Below are positions 53,666 to 63,625 of a stretch of DNA of 64,000 bases, piece after piece. The position numbers were made by a program, and so were the translations under genes. Position 1 is the first letter of the stretch, and every line of letters starts with the position of its first letter. A model generated the notes under the pieces. The model was not told the DNA's origin. It saw nothing but the letters and a program-made list of their open reading frames with translations, and did not search any database. Where the stretch lies: assembly GCA_003210285.1 (NCBI GenBank), contig QCVS01000001.1, positions 41,521-105,520 on the forward strand, given 5' to 3'. The stretch comes from Prochlorococcus sp. AG-686-J21 (GTDB taxonomy: Bacteria > Cyanobacteriota > Cyanobacteriia > PCC-6307 > Cyanobiaceae).

Positions 53666-53694
53666 TATTGAATGTTACTGATGTTTGAATAAAA

Positions 53695-53766
<72 letters not shown>

Positions 53767-53775
53767 ATATATTAA

Positions 53776-53805
53776 AATTTAACTCTTACATGTACCTTAT
53801 GACAA
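53776..53805 (-). promoter_or_regulatory. Putative sigma70 promoter of tRNA-Asn
   Basis: TTGTCA (53805-53800), 18-nt spacer, TAAATT (53781-53776), 9 nt before the mature 5' end. Confidence 0.45.
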
Positions 53806-53815
53806 GGGGTAAACC

Positions 53816-54499
53816 TTAATTATATTGAAAGTTTAATGGTTTCTGCCACTCTGATAAATTTCCATTCTTCATCTCTGCAACTCCATCTGCATAACTTAAT
53901 TCCTCTAAACGATGAGTAATCCATAAAGCAGTAAATGGATCTTTTGTATTCTTTGTAAGGCCCTTAATTATTTCTAAAACTGCTATTTGACTAGAACTAT
54001 CTAATAGCGCTGTAGGCTCGTCCATAAGAATAAAATTCTTATCACTTATCAAGGAAGAAGCAATAGTTAGACGTTGTTTCTGACCACCACTTAATGTATG
54101 AATCGACCTTTTATCAAATCCAGCTAATCCAACCTTTTTTAGAGCAATATCAATTTTATTAGTAATATCTTTTCTACTTAATTTTTGATTAATATTCAGA
54201 AGAAGTTCACTCCTACAGTTTGGCATTAATATTTGATGATCAGGATTTTGAAAAACCATACCGATGTTCGCCAAATTATTTATAACTCCACTACTTGGTT
54301 TTAGAAGTCCGTTAATTAACTTTAGCAAAGTACTTTTTCCGCTTCCATTTTTACCAACAATCATCCATAACCCAGTTTTATTAATAGAAAAATTACAATT
54401 ATTTATTACATGCTCATTTTTTCCTGGCCATGAAAAACTCACATCTTTGAAAGTTACATTAGGTACTTCATTTTGCAAAGTATCCTCAATCTCGATCAT
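53816..54499 (-). CDS. ABC/ECF-type ATP-binding protein (CbiO/EcfA-like)
   Basis: GKNGSGKST, MVFQNPDHQ, LSGGQKQR, MDEPT, ITHRLEE. Confidence 0.88.
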   Translation of the reverse strand: MIEIEDTLQNEVPNVTFKDVSFSWPGKNEHVINNCNFSINKTGLWMIVGKNGSGKSTLLKLINGLLKPSSGVINNLANIGMVFQNPDHQILMPNCRSELLLNINQKLSRKDITNKIDIALKKVGLAGFDKRSIHTLSGGQKQRLTIASSLISDKNFILMDEPTALLDSSSQIAVLEIIKGLTKNTKDPFTALWITHRLEELSYADGVAEMKNGNLSEWQKPLNFQYN

Positions 54500-54500
54500 T

Positions 54501-54770
54501 TTAAATATCTAAGGAAAATCCAGGTCTTTTTGATCCACCAGCTACTGCAGATTTTTCATATATCTGAACAGAAATAACTTCTTTAGCAAGAACAGTTATC
54601 AATTTATCCTGAACTTTTTCACAACTTAACTCGATTAAAGAGGAATTTTGGTTATTACTATTCATAAAATCTTTGATTTCATCATAGATTCTTTTAATAT
54701 CCTCATACTCTTTCTTCTGAATTGAAAGGGGAAAGGGGGAATATCTAAGACTTATTTCAAGAGAATACAT
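54501..54770 (-). CDS. Conserved cyanobacterial protein (UPF0367-like)
   Basis: YSLEISLRYSPFPLSIQKKE...IELSCEK...RPGF. Confidence 0.75.
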   Translation of the reverse strand: MYSLEISLRYSPFPLSIQKKEYEDIKRIYDEIKDFMNSNNQNSSLIELSCEKVQDKLITVLAKEVISVQIYEKSAVAGGSKRPGFSLDI

Positions 54771-54926
54771 AAAAGAATTGTAAATTTAATATTATAAACA
54801 AACTATAGAACAATCTTTTCTAAGAAGTTGTTTTGAAATTAAGTCCAATTAAAAAAAATTTTTTAAAAGATATATAAATACACTTAATATAGAAATGAAC
54901 AAATTTAATTTTGTAAAAAATTTTCC

Positions 54927-55895
54927 ATGAAAATAGCTGGTGATATTACTTCTTTAGTTGGCAACACCCCACTAGTAAAATTAGATCGTATAAAAAAATA
55001 CTGTAAGTGTTACCCAGAAATAATAGCGAAACTTGAAAGTTTTAATCCGTCAGCATCTGTCAAAGATCGTATCGCTTATTCGATGCTAAATTCAGCCGAA
55101 AAAGATGGTTTAATATTGCCGGGGAAAACAACATTAATTGAGGCAACAAGTGGAAATACTGGAATAGCCTTAGCAATGGTTGCGGCAGCTAAAGGTTATA
55201 GATTGATATTAACTATGCCAGATACTATGAGTATTGAAAGAAGGGCGATGCTTAGAGCATATGGTGCAGAATTACAACTCACTCCAGGCAAAGAAGGAAT
55301 GAAAGGAGCTTTAGATTTAGCAAGTGAATTATCTTCAAATATTCCAAATAGCTTTCAGTTTAATCAGTTTGAAAATCTCGCAAATCCAGAAATTCATGAA
55401 AGGACCACAGCTAAAGAAATTTGGGATCAATCTAATCAAAATATTGATGGATTAGTTACTGGAGTTGGTACCGGAGGAACCATAACTGGATGTTCTCGAT
55501 TTCTAAAAAAAGTTAATCCAAGTTGCAAAATATATGCAGTTGAGCCTGCAAAAAGCGCTGTAATTTCAGGAGAAAAAGCTGGTTCTCATTCTATACAGGG
55601 GATTGGTGCAGGCTTCGTTCCTAAAGTACTTGATACTCAATTAATAGATGAAATTATCAAGATAGATGATGACGAAGCATTTTATTATGGGAGGTTATTA
55701 GCTCGATTAGAGGGTCTTTTATCAGGAATTAGTAGCGGTGCTGCTTTGGCAGCAACAATCAAAATAGGTCAAAGGGAGGAGCTTATTAATCAAAGATTAA
55801 TAGTGATTCTTCCAAGTTTTGGTGAAAGATACTTATCTACAGCAATGTTTGAATCAAACACTGTAATTAAAGCTAGAGAAGACGGTTATTTATAG
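54927..55895 (+). CDS. cysK: Cysteine synthase A
   Basis: GNTPLV, NPSASVKDR (PLP Lys), EATSGNTG, GVGTGGT, IQGIGAG, PSFGERYLST. Confidence 0.96.
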   Translation: MKIAGDITSLVGNTPLVKLDRIKKYCKCYPEIIAKLESFNPSASVKDRIAYSMLNSAEKDGLILPGKTTLIEATSGNTGIALAMVAAAKGYRLILTMPDTMSIERRAMLRAYGAELQLTPGKEGMKGALDLASELSSNIPNSFQFNQFENLANPEIHERTTAKEIWDQSNQNIDGLVTGVGTGGTITGCSRFLKKVNPSCKIYAVEPAKSAVISGEKAGSHSIQGIGAGFVPKVLDTQLIDEIIKIDDDEAFYYGRLLARLEGLLSGISSGAALAATIKIGQREELINQRLIVILPSFGERYLSTAMFESNTVIKAREDGYL

Positions 55896-55911
55896 AAAAA
55901 GGTATTTAGAT

Positions 55912-56589
55912 ATGATAAAAAATCTTTATAAAGAATTAGAGTTGAAAGAAAATGCAACTCAAGGTGAAATTAAATCTTCTTACCGTCGCTTAGTTAAACA
56001 ACATCATCCCGATGCAGGAGGTGAAAAAGATAGGTTTCTTGCAATACAAGATGCATGGGAGACTCTTAATGATCCTTTTAAAAAAGAACAATATGATAAA
56101 ACCCTATTTTCATTACAACAATCATCCAATTTCAGAAATGAAAATTGGGAAGAGAAAGTTAATACAACAAAATATAGTTCTACAATCAAAGATAATGAGG
56201 TTAAAAATTGGATTAAAAATATTTATAATCCCACCAATAGATTTATTAGCCAAATAATCAAACCTTTGAGTCAAGAAATCAAAGAACTATCTGCTGATCC
56301 ATATGATGAAGAATTGATGGATAATTTTTGCAGTTACATTACTCTTTCTCAAAAAAAAATTGAAAAAGTTGACAAACTATACAAATCAACTACTGTTCCG
56401 AATTCAATATCCTCTTTAGGTTTAGATCTTTATCATTGTTTTTCTCAAGTTAAAGATGCTTTATCAGAACTGGATAAGTACACACAAGGATATGTAGATG
56501 ATTATTTATTTGATGGCAAAGAAATGATGAAAGAGGCAAAAAGAATACAATCAAAGATGGCTTATGATAAAAAATCTGTAATTTCCTAA
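55912..56589 (+). CDS. DnaJ (J-domain) protein
   Basis: YRRLVKQHHPD J-domain; helical C-terminus. Confidence 0.88.
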   Translation: MIKNLYKELELKENATQGEIKSSYRRLVKQHHPDAGGEKDRFLAIQDAWETLNDPFKKEQYDKTLFSLQQSSNFRNENWEEKVNTTKYSSTIKDNEVKNWIKNIYNPTNRFISQIIKPLSQEIKELSADPYDEELMDNFCSYITLSQKKIEKVDKLYKSTTVPNSISSLGLDLYHCFSQVKDALSELDKYTQGYVDDYLFDGKEMMKEAKRIQSKMAYDKKSVIS

Positions 56590-56593
56590 ATAA

Positions 56594-56836
56594 CTATTCC
56601 GCAACTATATATTCTTTCAGTTGGTCTAAGTTAAACCAAACATCTGGGACAGGTCGACGCCATCTTACTTGAGCATATTCCTCTTTAATACTTAGAATTT
56701 CTCCTGGACCTTCAAATACATAATTAGGTAAATCTTTATCATTAGCTAATGCTTCGACACTTTTATTATAAATACTTCTATCTACACAGACTAAGCTACC
56801 TTTCTTTAGCGGCTTCTTGGGTATCGACTCGGTCAT
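56594..56836 (-). CDS. ndhO: NDH-1 subunit O
   Basis: LKKGSLV, YVFEGPGEIL, RPVPDVWF; likely start ATG at 56836. Confidence 0.9.
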   Translation of the reverse strand: MTESIPKKPLKKGSLVCVDRSIYNKSVEALANDKDLPNYVFEGPGEILSIKEEYAQVRWRRPVPDVWFNLDQLKEYIVAE

Positions 56837-56979
56837 GATGAGATTTATTAATTTATTTAAATTTCTAGATTTATTATACAAAAACTTTTTTCATTAATTT
56901 TTTTTTAAATTGATTACATCATAATAATTACAATCGATACAAAAATTTAATAGTCTAAATTTATTATTAAATCAAGAAT

Positions 56980-57912
56980 ATGCGTCTATTACTCCTTGGA
57001 TGTACCGGTTTTGTGGGGAAAGAATTAGTCCCAGCTTTACTCAAAGAAGGCCACGAACTTTGCATTATCAGTAGAAAAAATATTAATAATTTGAGGATAA
57101 ATATTCCTTTGGATAAATATAAATTTCTTAAAATAGATCTTTCAAAAAAACAAAATTGGAGCAATGAAAATCTATTGATTAATTTAAAAAATTCTGATGG
57201 TATAATTAACTTAATAGGTGAACCAATAGCAGATAAAAAATGGACTGATATTCAAAAAGAAGAGATTGAAAAAAGCAGGATTAATTCAACTAAGTTTTTA
57301 ATGGAAACCCTTAAAAAATCCAGAATTAATCCAAAAGTCATAGTAAATGGTTCGGCAATAGGTTTCTACGGAACAAGTTTAACTCAAGAGTTCAATGAAA
57401 ATAGTCAGAGCGGCAATGATTTTCTAGCTAACCTTTGCAACAAATGGGAGGAAGTTGCCAACGGGAAACCATTTTTCTCAAGATTAGTAATTTTCAGAAT
57501 CGGAATAGTCTTAGAAGCAGAAGGAGGAGCACTAGGAAAAATGCTTCCAGTATTTAAAATTGGACTGGGAGGTCCAATCGGAGATGGGAAGCAATGGATG
57601 AGTTGGATTCACAGAAGTGACTTATGTGGATTAATAATTAAAGCATTAGTAGATAAACAATTTTCTGGGGTATATAACGCTGTTGCACCAGAGACAGTTT
57701 TAATGAAGGATTTCTCTAAAACTTTAGGGAGATGCCTCAATAGACCAAATTTACTCCCAGTGCCGGGAACAATACTAAAGTTATTATTAGGAGATGGGGC
57801 AAAATTAGTATTAGAGGGACAAAAAGTAATAAGTATTAAATTACAAGAAAAAATATATAAATTTAAATATCCTCTTCTTGAGAAAGCCATTTACGCTTCC
57901 ACCAAGAATTAA
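56980..57912 (+). CDS. TIGR01777-family NAD-dependent epimerase
   Basis: GCTGFVG, INLIGEPIA, SAIGFYG, RIGIVL, GKQWMSWIH. Confidence 0.9.
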   Translation: MRLLLLGCTGFVGKELVPALLKEGHELCIISRKNINNLRINIPLDKYKFLKIDLSKKQNWSNENLLINLKNSDGIINLIGEPIADKKWTDIQKEEIEKSRINSTKFLMETLKKSRINPKVIVNGSAIGFYGTSLTQEFNENSQSGNDFLANLCNKWEEVANGKPFFSRLVIFRIGIVLEAEGGALGKMLPVFKIGLGGPIGDGKQWMSWIHRSDLCGLIIKALVDKQFSGVYNAVAPETVLMKDFSKTLGRCLNRPNLLPVPGTILKLLLGDGAKLVLEGQKVISIKLQEKIYKFKYPLLEKAIYASTKN

Positions 57913-58132
57913 TTCCATTAACTAAAGCACTAACAATTAAGATAGTGATTAAAGGTGTGATGAGTGGATTCCAAAGGTTCTGAAAAATATTAAGGAAAAT
58001 AAAAACTCCATTAATTTGCATAATTACTGCAAAGACAAAAAATATTGCAAAAAAAATAACAACAAATAAATTTATCAATAAAAAATTATCAATAATCACT
58101 TTCAACTTTGTTTCAGATTTCTGCTTAGTCAT
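57863..58132 (-). CDS. Small two-helix membrane protein
   Basis: 89 aa with two hydrophobic segments; co-oriented with and overlapping the upstream gene by 4 nt. Confidence 0.65.
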   Translation of the reverse strand: MTKQKSETKLKVIIDNFLLINLFVVIFFAIFFVFAVIMQINGVFIFLNIFQNLWNPLITPLITILIVSALVNGINSWWKRKWLSQEEDI

Positions 58133-59328
58133 TTTTCATGAAAACCCTTTATATCATTAGTTATCTTACTGCATGAATTACTATCTCCGATTCTTAAATT
58201 TGCATTATCAATACAAGAAATCAAAAACATTTTGTCAAGCTTTATCAGATAAATAACTTTAAGAATTAGATTTATTGTCTGAATTATTTGATCTTTCTTA
58301 TTTATGTAATTAGTAGAACAAAAAACATATCTACCAAGTAATCGTCTTTGAGCTTCTGCAAAAGATTTTGTAAATTGCGGACCGTTCCCTTCAATTTGAA
58401 TCACTGGCTTTGCTAAACCGATTGCCTGCTCTGATGCAGTTCCAGCCATACTTATTACGAACTTACTTTTAAATAGTATTTCATCAAACAAATTCCAGTT
58501 CAAATTAATCGTAATAAATCCATATTTAAATTCTAGTCCGTTATTTTTTCCTTTTTTTTCTATATAGACCCATTTTCTTTGATTTAATATTTGACTAATT
58601 TCTTCCATAGAAAGAGCCTTTACTATGGCGAAATTGAATGCAATATTCTCAAAATATTTTAATTTAGACATTGTCTCTAAAACTTCTAAAATCAATTTCA
58701 AATTATCTAAGATTTCAGGAAATCTACTTCCAGGAAATAATCCAATACTATAAGGGACAGTTTTTGGTTTATTTTCAAAACAAGCAAATTTATCCATAAA
58801 TGGATTCCCTAAAAAAGATACTTTTTTTCTTAATTGTTGAGTTAAATCATTTGCTGTTAGAAAATCCCTAGCGTATATTTTTTTTGCATATTTTGAGATT
58901 AAAAAAAATTTACAAGGCCAAGGTAATTTTAATCTCCCCTCATAATGACTAGAGTATGCAACTAAATATGTAAAAAAATCTTTTTTTGCAAACCATGCAA
59001 AAAAAACAGGAACTATATCTCCAATTACTAAATAAAAATCATATTTATTTCTTAATTTATAAGACAAGTATAATTTTTTTAAAAAGTAAATTATTTGTCC
59101 TCCAAATATTTCAAACATTCTTCCCCTAAAAGAATTGTAACCAATACCACCCGTTCTAAATTTTTTGGTTTTACCAATAATTCTTATATTTACTTTTTTA
59201 TAATTTTCACCATCACCTACGATAGGGAGAGCATCTACAAGATCGCCTTTCTCCACGAAATATTTAGCTAGTAAACTACCAGACAAATCTTCTCCATGTC
59301 CATTACTTAACAGTAAAATTCTGGACAA
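58129..59328 (-). CDS. Lipid-A-disaccharide synthase-related glycosyltransferase
   Basis: LSNGHGED, GLFPGSR, MAGTASEQ, GPQFT. Confidence 0.85.
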   Translation of the reverse strand: MSRILLLSNGHGEDLSGSLLAKYFVEKGDLVDALPIVGDGENYKKVNIRIIGKTKKFRTGGIGYNSFRGRMFEIFGGQIIYFLKKLYLSYKLRNKYDFYLVIGDIVPVFFAWFAKKDFFTYLVAYSSHYEGRLKLPWPCKFFLISKYAKKIYARDFLTANDLTQQLRKKVSFLGNPFMDKFACFENKPKTVPYSIGLFPGSRFPEILDNLKLILEVLETMSKLKYFENIAFNFAIVKALSMEEISQILNQRKWVYIEKKGKNNGLEFKYGFITINLNWNLFDEILFKSKFVISMAGTASEQAIGLAKPVIQIEGNGPQFTKSFAEAQRRLLGRYVFCSTNYINKKDQIIQTINLILKVIYLIKLDKMFLISCIDNANLRIGDSNSCSKITNDIKGFHEK

Positions 59329-59329
59329 C

Positions 59330-59758
59330 TTAAAATTCTAACCATTTATTGATTTTGGTTAATTCTGGCCAATTTGGATATCTATTAAATCCATCTTCAA
59401 CTGAATCTTTTAACTCAGTCTTTACATCGGGCATCATCATTGCCATTTTTTTAATTAATTCAACATGCTCTCTAACACCTTTATTATTTGTAGCCAAAAG
59501 AGCTAACGACAAATTCATTCTTGCTTGCGGGTCTTGCTGATTTAAGCGAACCGCCTCTCTTGCTGCTGCTAATGCTTCTTCATTATTCTTCAATAGAAGC
59601 TGCAACCAAGATAGACAAGTCCAAGCAGCAAAGTGGTTGGGTATTTGTTGAATGATTTTTTGAAAATCTTGTGAAATTGGTATTAACTCTTGACCATCTT
59701 GATATCTAGATAAAGCAGCATTGAAATCGGATTCAATTGGATTAATGTCATCTGTCAT
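59330..59758 (-). CDS. Conserved TPR-like protein
   Basis: AAWTCLSWLQLL, AVRLNQQDPQARMNL. Confidence 0.75.
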   Translation of the reverse strand: MTDDINPIESDFNAALSRYQDGQELIPISQDFQKIIQQIPNHFAAWTCLSWLQLLLKNNEEALAAAREAVRLNQQDPQARMNLSLALLATNNKGVREHVELIKKMAMMMPDVKTELKDSVEDGFNRYPNWPELTKINKWLEF

Positions 59759-59767
59759 ATGTTTTTC

Positions 59768-60172
59768 TTATACTGCAAAAGAGCTTCCGCAACCACAAGT
59801 TTGAGAAGCATTAGGATTGACGAAATTAAAACCTCCTCCAATTAAATCCTTACTAAAATCGAGTTGCATGCCATAAATATATAGAAGACTTTTTGGGTCG
59901 CATATCACTTTAAATGTTTGTTCAGAACTCAATGAATAATCATATACTTTATCATCTGGATTTATTTCATCTCCACCAACAAAATCCATAGTATAACTCA
60001 TACCACTGCATCCTCCAGATCTTACCCCCACTCTTAGAGCTTTCTTATCAGTCTGATTCTTCAATAAAGAAGATATTTGTTCTATTGCATCATTGGTTAT
60101 TAAAATTCCCTTACCGTCATCTGAAGTCTTAATTTTTTCTTCTATTTTTACATTTTCCATAAACACATACAA
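59768..60172 (-). CDS. iscA: Fe-S cluster assembly A-type carrier (IscA/SufA)
   Basis: GGCSGMSY, NPNASQTCGCGSSF. Confidence 0.92.
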   Translation of the reverse strand: MYVFMENVKIEEKIKTSDDGKGILITNDAIEQISSLLKNQTDKKALRVGVRSGGCSGMSYTMDFVGGDEINPDDKVYDYSLSSEQTFKVICDPKSLLYIYGMQLDFSKDLIGGGFNFVNPNASQTCGCGSSFAV

Positions 60173-60259
60173 ACGTATAGTTACACTATAAAAAATATAA
60201 ACACATCATGCATATTTCAAACGATATACAAAGTTGATTTGTTATAATTTAGGTAAAAA

Positions 60260-61714
60260 GTGAAAATTGCAATAATAGGTTCTGGGTTAGCAGGTTTAAC
60301 TGCTGCAGTCAATTTGATTGATGAAGGTCATGAAGTGGAGATTTACGAAAGCAGATCATTCTGGGGTGGAAAAGTCGGAAGTTGGGAAGATAAAGATGGT
60401 AACCATATAGAAATGGGATTACATGTATTTTTCTATAACTATGCAAATCTATTTAAACTCATGAAAAAAGTTGGAGCATTAGAGAATTTGCTTCCGAAAG
60501 AACATACTCATTTATTTATAAATAATGGTGGTGATTTAAAATCTTTGGATTTCAGATTTACCTTGGGAGCCCCTTTTAACGGTCTAAAGGCTTTTTTCAC
60601 TACAGAACAATTGACTTGGGTAGACAAATTAAGGAATGCATTAGCTTTGGGAACTAGTCCAATAGTTAGAGGATTAGTAGATTACGAAGGTGCAATGAAA
60701 ATAATTAGAGACTTAGATAAAATAAGCTTTAAAGAATGGTTTTTAAATCATGGCGGAAGCTTAAGAAGTCTTGAAAGGATGTGGGATCCAATTGCATACG
60801 CTTTAGGTTTTATAAATTGTCAAGATATATCGGCAAGATGCATGTTAACTATTTTTATGATGTTTGCATCTAAGACTGAAGCCTCTAAACTTAATCTTTT
60901 AAAAGGATCCCCTCATAAATGGCTAACAAAACCTATCGTTGATTACATCACAAAAAAAGGATGCAAAATCCACTTAAATCATAAAGTTGACGAAATTATT
61001 TTTGAAAAAGAATCTTCCTCCTACTCGGTCACACAACTCAAAATATCGACCCCTGAAGGCGCCAAGACTATATTTGCTGATACATTTCTTGCTGCTTGTG
61101 ATGTTCCTGGAATTAAAAAAATAGTTCCTAAAGAATGGTATCAATTTAAGGAGTTTGAGGGTCTAAAAAAACTCAGAGCTGTTGCAGTTGCGACGATACA
61201 ATTAAGATATGATGGATGGGTTACTGAACTAAAAAATGATAACAAAAGTCAGAACCCTTCAGGTTTAGATAATCTTTTATATTCTGCAGATGCATCTTTC
61301 AGTTGTTTCGCAGATTTAGCTTTAGCAAGCCCAGTAGATTATAGAAAGGAAGGAATGGGATCTTTACTTCAATGTGTTTTGACTCCTGGAGATCGTTGGA
61401 TGGGTAGAACAACTGAAAAAATCACTAAGGAGATTGATGCTGAGGTGCGTCGTCTATTTCCTTCTTCAAAGAATCTAAAATTGCTTTGGAGTAATGTCGT
61501 ACAAGTTCCACAATCACTTTATAGAGAGTCTCCAGGTATGGACCCATATAGACCTGATCAAAAGACTTCAATATTAAATTTCTTTATGGCAGGTAGTTAT
61601 ACAAAACAAGACTATATAGATTCAATGGAGGGGGCTACTATGAGCGGTCATCTAGCAGCAGCAGCAATTCTAGATAAGAAAGCTGAATTAGCAAAGAATC
61701 TTGCGGTCAGCTAA
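60260..61714 (+). CDS. crtQ: Zeta-carotene desaturase
   Basis: [32 protein letters not shown]. Confidence 0.95.
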   Translation: MKIAIIGSGLAGLTAAVNLIDEGHEVEIYESRSFWGGKVGSWEDKDGNHIEMGLHVFFYNYANLFKLMKKVGALENLLPKEHTHLFINNGGDLKSLDFRFTLGAPFNGLKAFFTTEQLTWVDKLRNALALGTSPIVRGLVDYEGAMKIIRDLDKISFKEWFLNHGGSLRSLERMWDPIAYALGFINCQDISARCMLTIFMMFASKTEASKLNLLKGSPHKWLTKPIVDYITKKGCKIHLNHKVDEIIFEKESSSYSVTQLKISTPEGAKTIFADTFLAACDVPGIKKIVPKEWYQFKEFEGLKKLRAVAVATIQLRYDGWVTELKNDNKSQNPSGLDNLLYSADASFSCFADLALASPVDYRKEGMGSLLQCVLTPGDRWMGRTTEKITKEIDAEVRRLFPSSKNLKLLWSNVVQVPQSLYRESPGMDPYRPDQKTSILNFFMAGSYTKQDYIDSMEGATMSGHLAAAAILDKKAELAKNLAVS

Positions 61715-61716
61715 CT

Positions 61717-62187
61717 ATGGGTACTTGGCTTAAACATGACGTAATTACAATTGTAAATGCGCCATTAGATAACGTTTGGAACACTTGGAGTGATTTGGAT
61801 TCCATGTCTCTGTGGATGAGCTGGATAGAATCAGTAAAAACAATTGATCAAGAGACATCAACTTTACCTGATCTAACTGAGTGGACTTTAGCTGCTAATG
61901 GATTCAAATTTAAATGGAAGGCACAAATAACAGAAAGGATTGAAAAAAATAAATTAAAATGGAAATCTATAGGAGGATTGCCTACTGAAGGGTCTGTTAT
62001 TTTTGAATCAAAAGGAGACCAATTAACATCAGTAAACTTAGCTGTCACCTATGAATTACCTAAAATGATTGCTCGATTTATGGAAGAAAAAATTTTGGGC
62101 AAAATGGTAACTAGTGAATTACAAGCAAATATTGATAGATTTCGAGATTTGGTAGAAAAAAATTACAAAAATGAATTAACTAATTAA
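61717..62187 (+). CDS. SRPBCC/polyketide-cyclase family protein
   Basis: VNAPLDNVWNTWSDL, MSWIESV, WKSIGGLP. Confidence 0.85.
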   Translation: MGTWLKHDVITIVNAPLDNVWNTWSDLDSMSLWMSWIESVKTIDQETSTLPDLTEWTLAANGFKFKWKAQITERIEKNKLKWKSIGGLPTEGSVIFESKGDQLTSVNLAVTYELPKMIARFMEEKILGKMVTSELQANIDRFRDLVEKNYKNELTN

Positions 62188-62971
62188 AAATATAAATCGC
62201 AGCATCTAATAATCCTTCAAAGGTATAATTAACCGCCTCTCTATCAACTCTACCAAAAATTTTTTCACATATTTTTGAAGTTTGAGGTCCAATAGTTAAT
62301 ATTTTTACATTATCAAAACATGTTAACCATTCTTCTCCAAATTCTTTTTCAAGCAAGAAAGAGGAATTTAATACAGTTTTACCACTTGAAAAAACCATTG
62401 CATCAATTTTTCTTTTAGCGATAGCATTTATTGTTTCTACGGGAATTGAATCAGGACATCTTGTTTCATAGGCAGGAACCTCTACAACACGTGAACCAGA
62501 ATTCCTGAATTCATCAGCTATCAAATTCCTTCCTCCTGTTTGAACTCTTGGCAAAAAAACTCTGAGTCCATATCCTGATACCGGAAAATTTTCAATTAAA
62601 CTTTCCGCTACAAATTCTGGGGGGACGAAATCAGCCTCAATTCCTAAATCGCTTAGAGTTAAAGAAGTTTTCTCCCCAACTACGGCAATTTTTATTTTCT
62701 TCGAACATTCTTTTAATGAAGTATTTAAATTTCTTAATCTCTCATTTACAAATTTTATTCCATTACTACTAGAAAAAATAATCCAATGAAAATCATTAAT
62801 TTCGCTTAAGGCATCATCAAGAGGATTTAAATCATCGGGATATCCAACATCAATTGCTGGAAAATCAAATATCTGAGCACCTTTATTAGTGAATAATTTT
62901 TTTATATCAGATATCTTATCTTTTGATCGAGTAATAATTATATTTTTTTGATTCAAAGAGAGCTCAACCAT
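62180..62971 (-). CDS. hemD: Uroporphyrinogen-III synthase
   Basis: IIITRS, IIFSSSNGI, VVGEKT, AYET, FSSGKT, IGPQT. Confidence 0.92.
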   Translation of the reverse strand: MVELSLNQKNIIITRSKDKISDIKKLFTNKGAQIFDFPAIDVGYPDDLNPLDDALSEINDFHWIIFSSSNGIKFVNERLRNLNTSLKECSKKIKIAVVGEKTSLTLSDLGIEADFVPPEFVAESLIENFPVSGYGLRVFLPRVQTGGRNLIADEFRNSGSRVVEVPAYETRCPDSIPVETINAIAKRKIDAMVFSSGKTVLNSSFLLEKEFGEEWLTCFDNVKILTIGPQTSKICEKIFGRVDREAVNYTFEGLLDAAIYIFN

Positions 62972-63362
62972 TGTTATTATTTTCCTCACCTTTTGAATCT
63001 TGATTTTGAGTTTTATTTTTTAATTCATCCAGGAGCTTTAATACTGACAATCCTTTTTCCAATACTGTATCTTCTTTAAAAGTCATTTCGGGTACTCTTC
63101 TCATCTCTATTCTTTGACCTAAAGTATGCCTGATATAGCTCTTAGCAAGATTTAATTCTTCAACAATTTCTTTTCTTATTGCCTCTTCAGCAGTTGAAGT
63201 TATATAAATCTTGCAAAATTGCAAATCTCCTGATAAATCTATTTTTGAAATATTAATGAAATTACTCCTTAATAGATCATTTTCCAAATCATTCTGCAAA
63301 ATAAGAGTTATCTCTTTTTTCAACAAAGAAGAAACTTTTGCAATCCGATAATTATTAGGCAT
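62964..63362 (-). CDS. rbfA: Ribosome-binding factor A
   Basis: RIAKVSSLLKKEI, DLQFCKIY, RRVPEMTFKED. Confidence 0.93.
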   Translation of the reverse strand: MPNNYRIAKVSSLLKKEITLILQNDLENDLLRSNFINISKIDLSGDLQFCKIYITSTAEEAIRKEIVEELNLAKSYIRHTLGQRIEMRRVPEMTFKEDTVLEKGLSVLKLLDELKNKTQNQDSKGEENNNNG

Positions 63363-63367
63363 TATTG

Positions 63368-63580
63368 TTATAAGTTGATTGGATTAGTCATTGCCTCTAA
63401 TACGAAGTAAACTGTTATAAAAGCACTTATTACTGAAGAAATTAAACCGACCAATGTTAATGGATTTGATCTATTTTTAAATAAAGGTTCTAGTAATGCA
63501 ACTAATCCTCCAGCAATAATAGAAATTAAATACTTAGGATATCTTGCAACATTAGAGAAAAATTGGCCCATTAGCTCCAC
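63368..63580 (-). CDS. DUF751-like small membrane protein
   Basis: FFSNVARYPKYLIS, LEAM. Confidence 0.8.
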   Translation of the reverse strand: MELMGQFFSNVARYPKYLISIIAGGLVALLEPLFKNRSNPLTLVGLISSVISAFITVYFVLEAMTNPINL

Positions 63581-63625
63581 AATTTGATTACTTTTTTAGC
63601 TAAGTTTTAACAAACATTAAACAGC

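Noticed and set aside
50800-53690. CRISPR adaptation locus suggested by the Cas4-like nuclease
   Set aside because: No cas1/cas2-like ORF and no regularly spaced repeat array seen in the window
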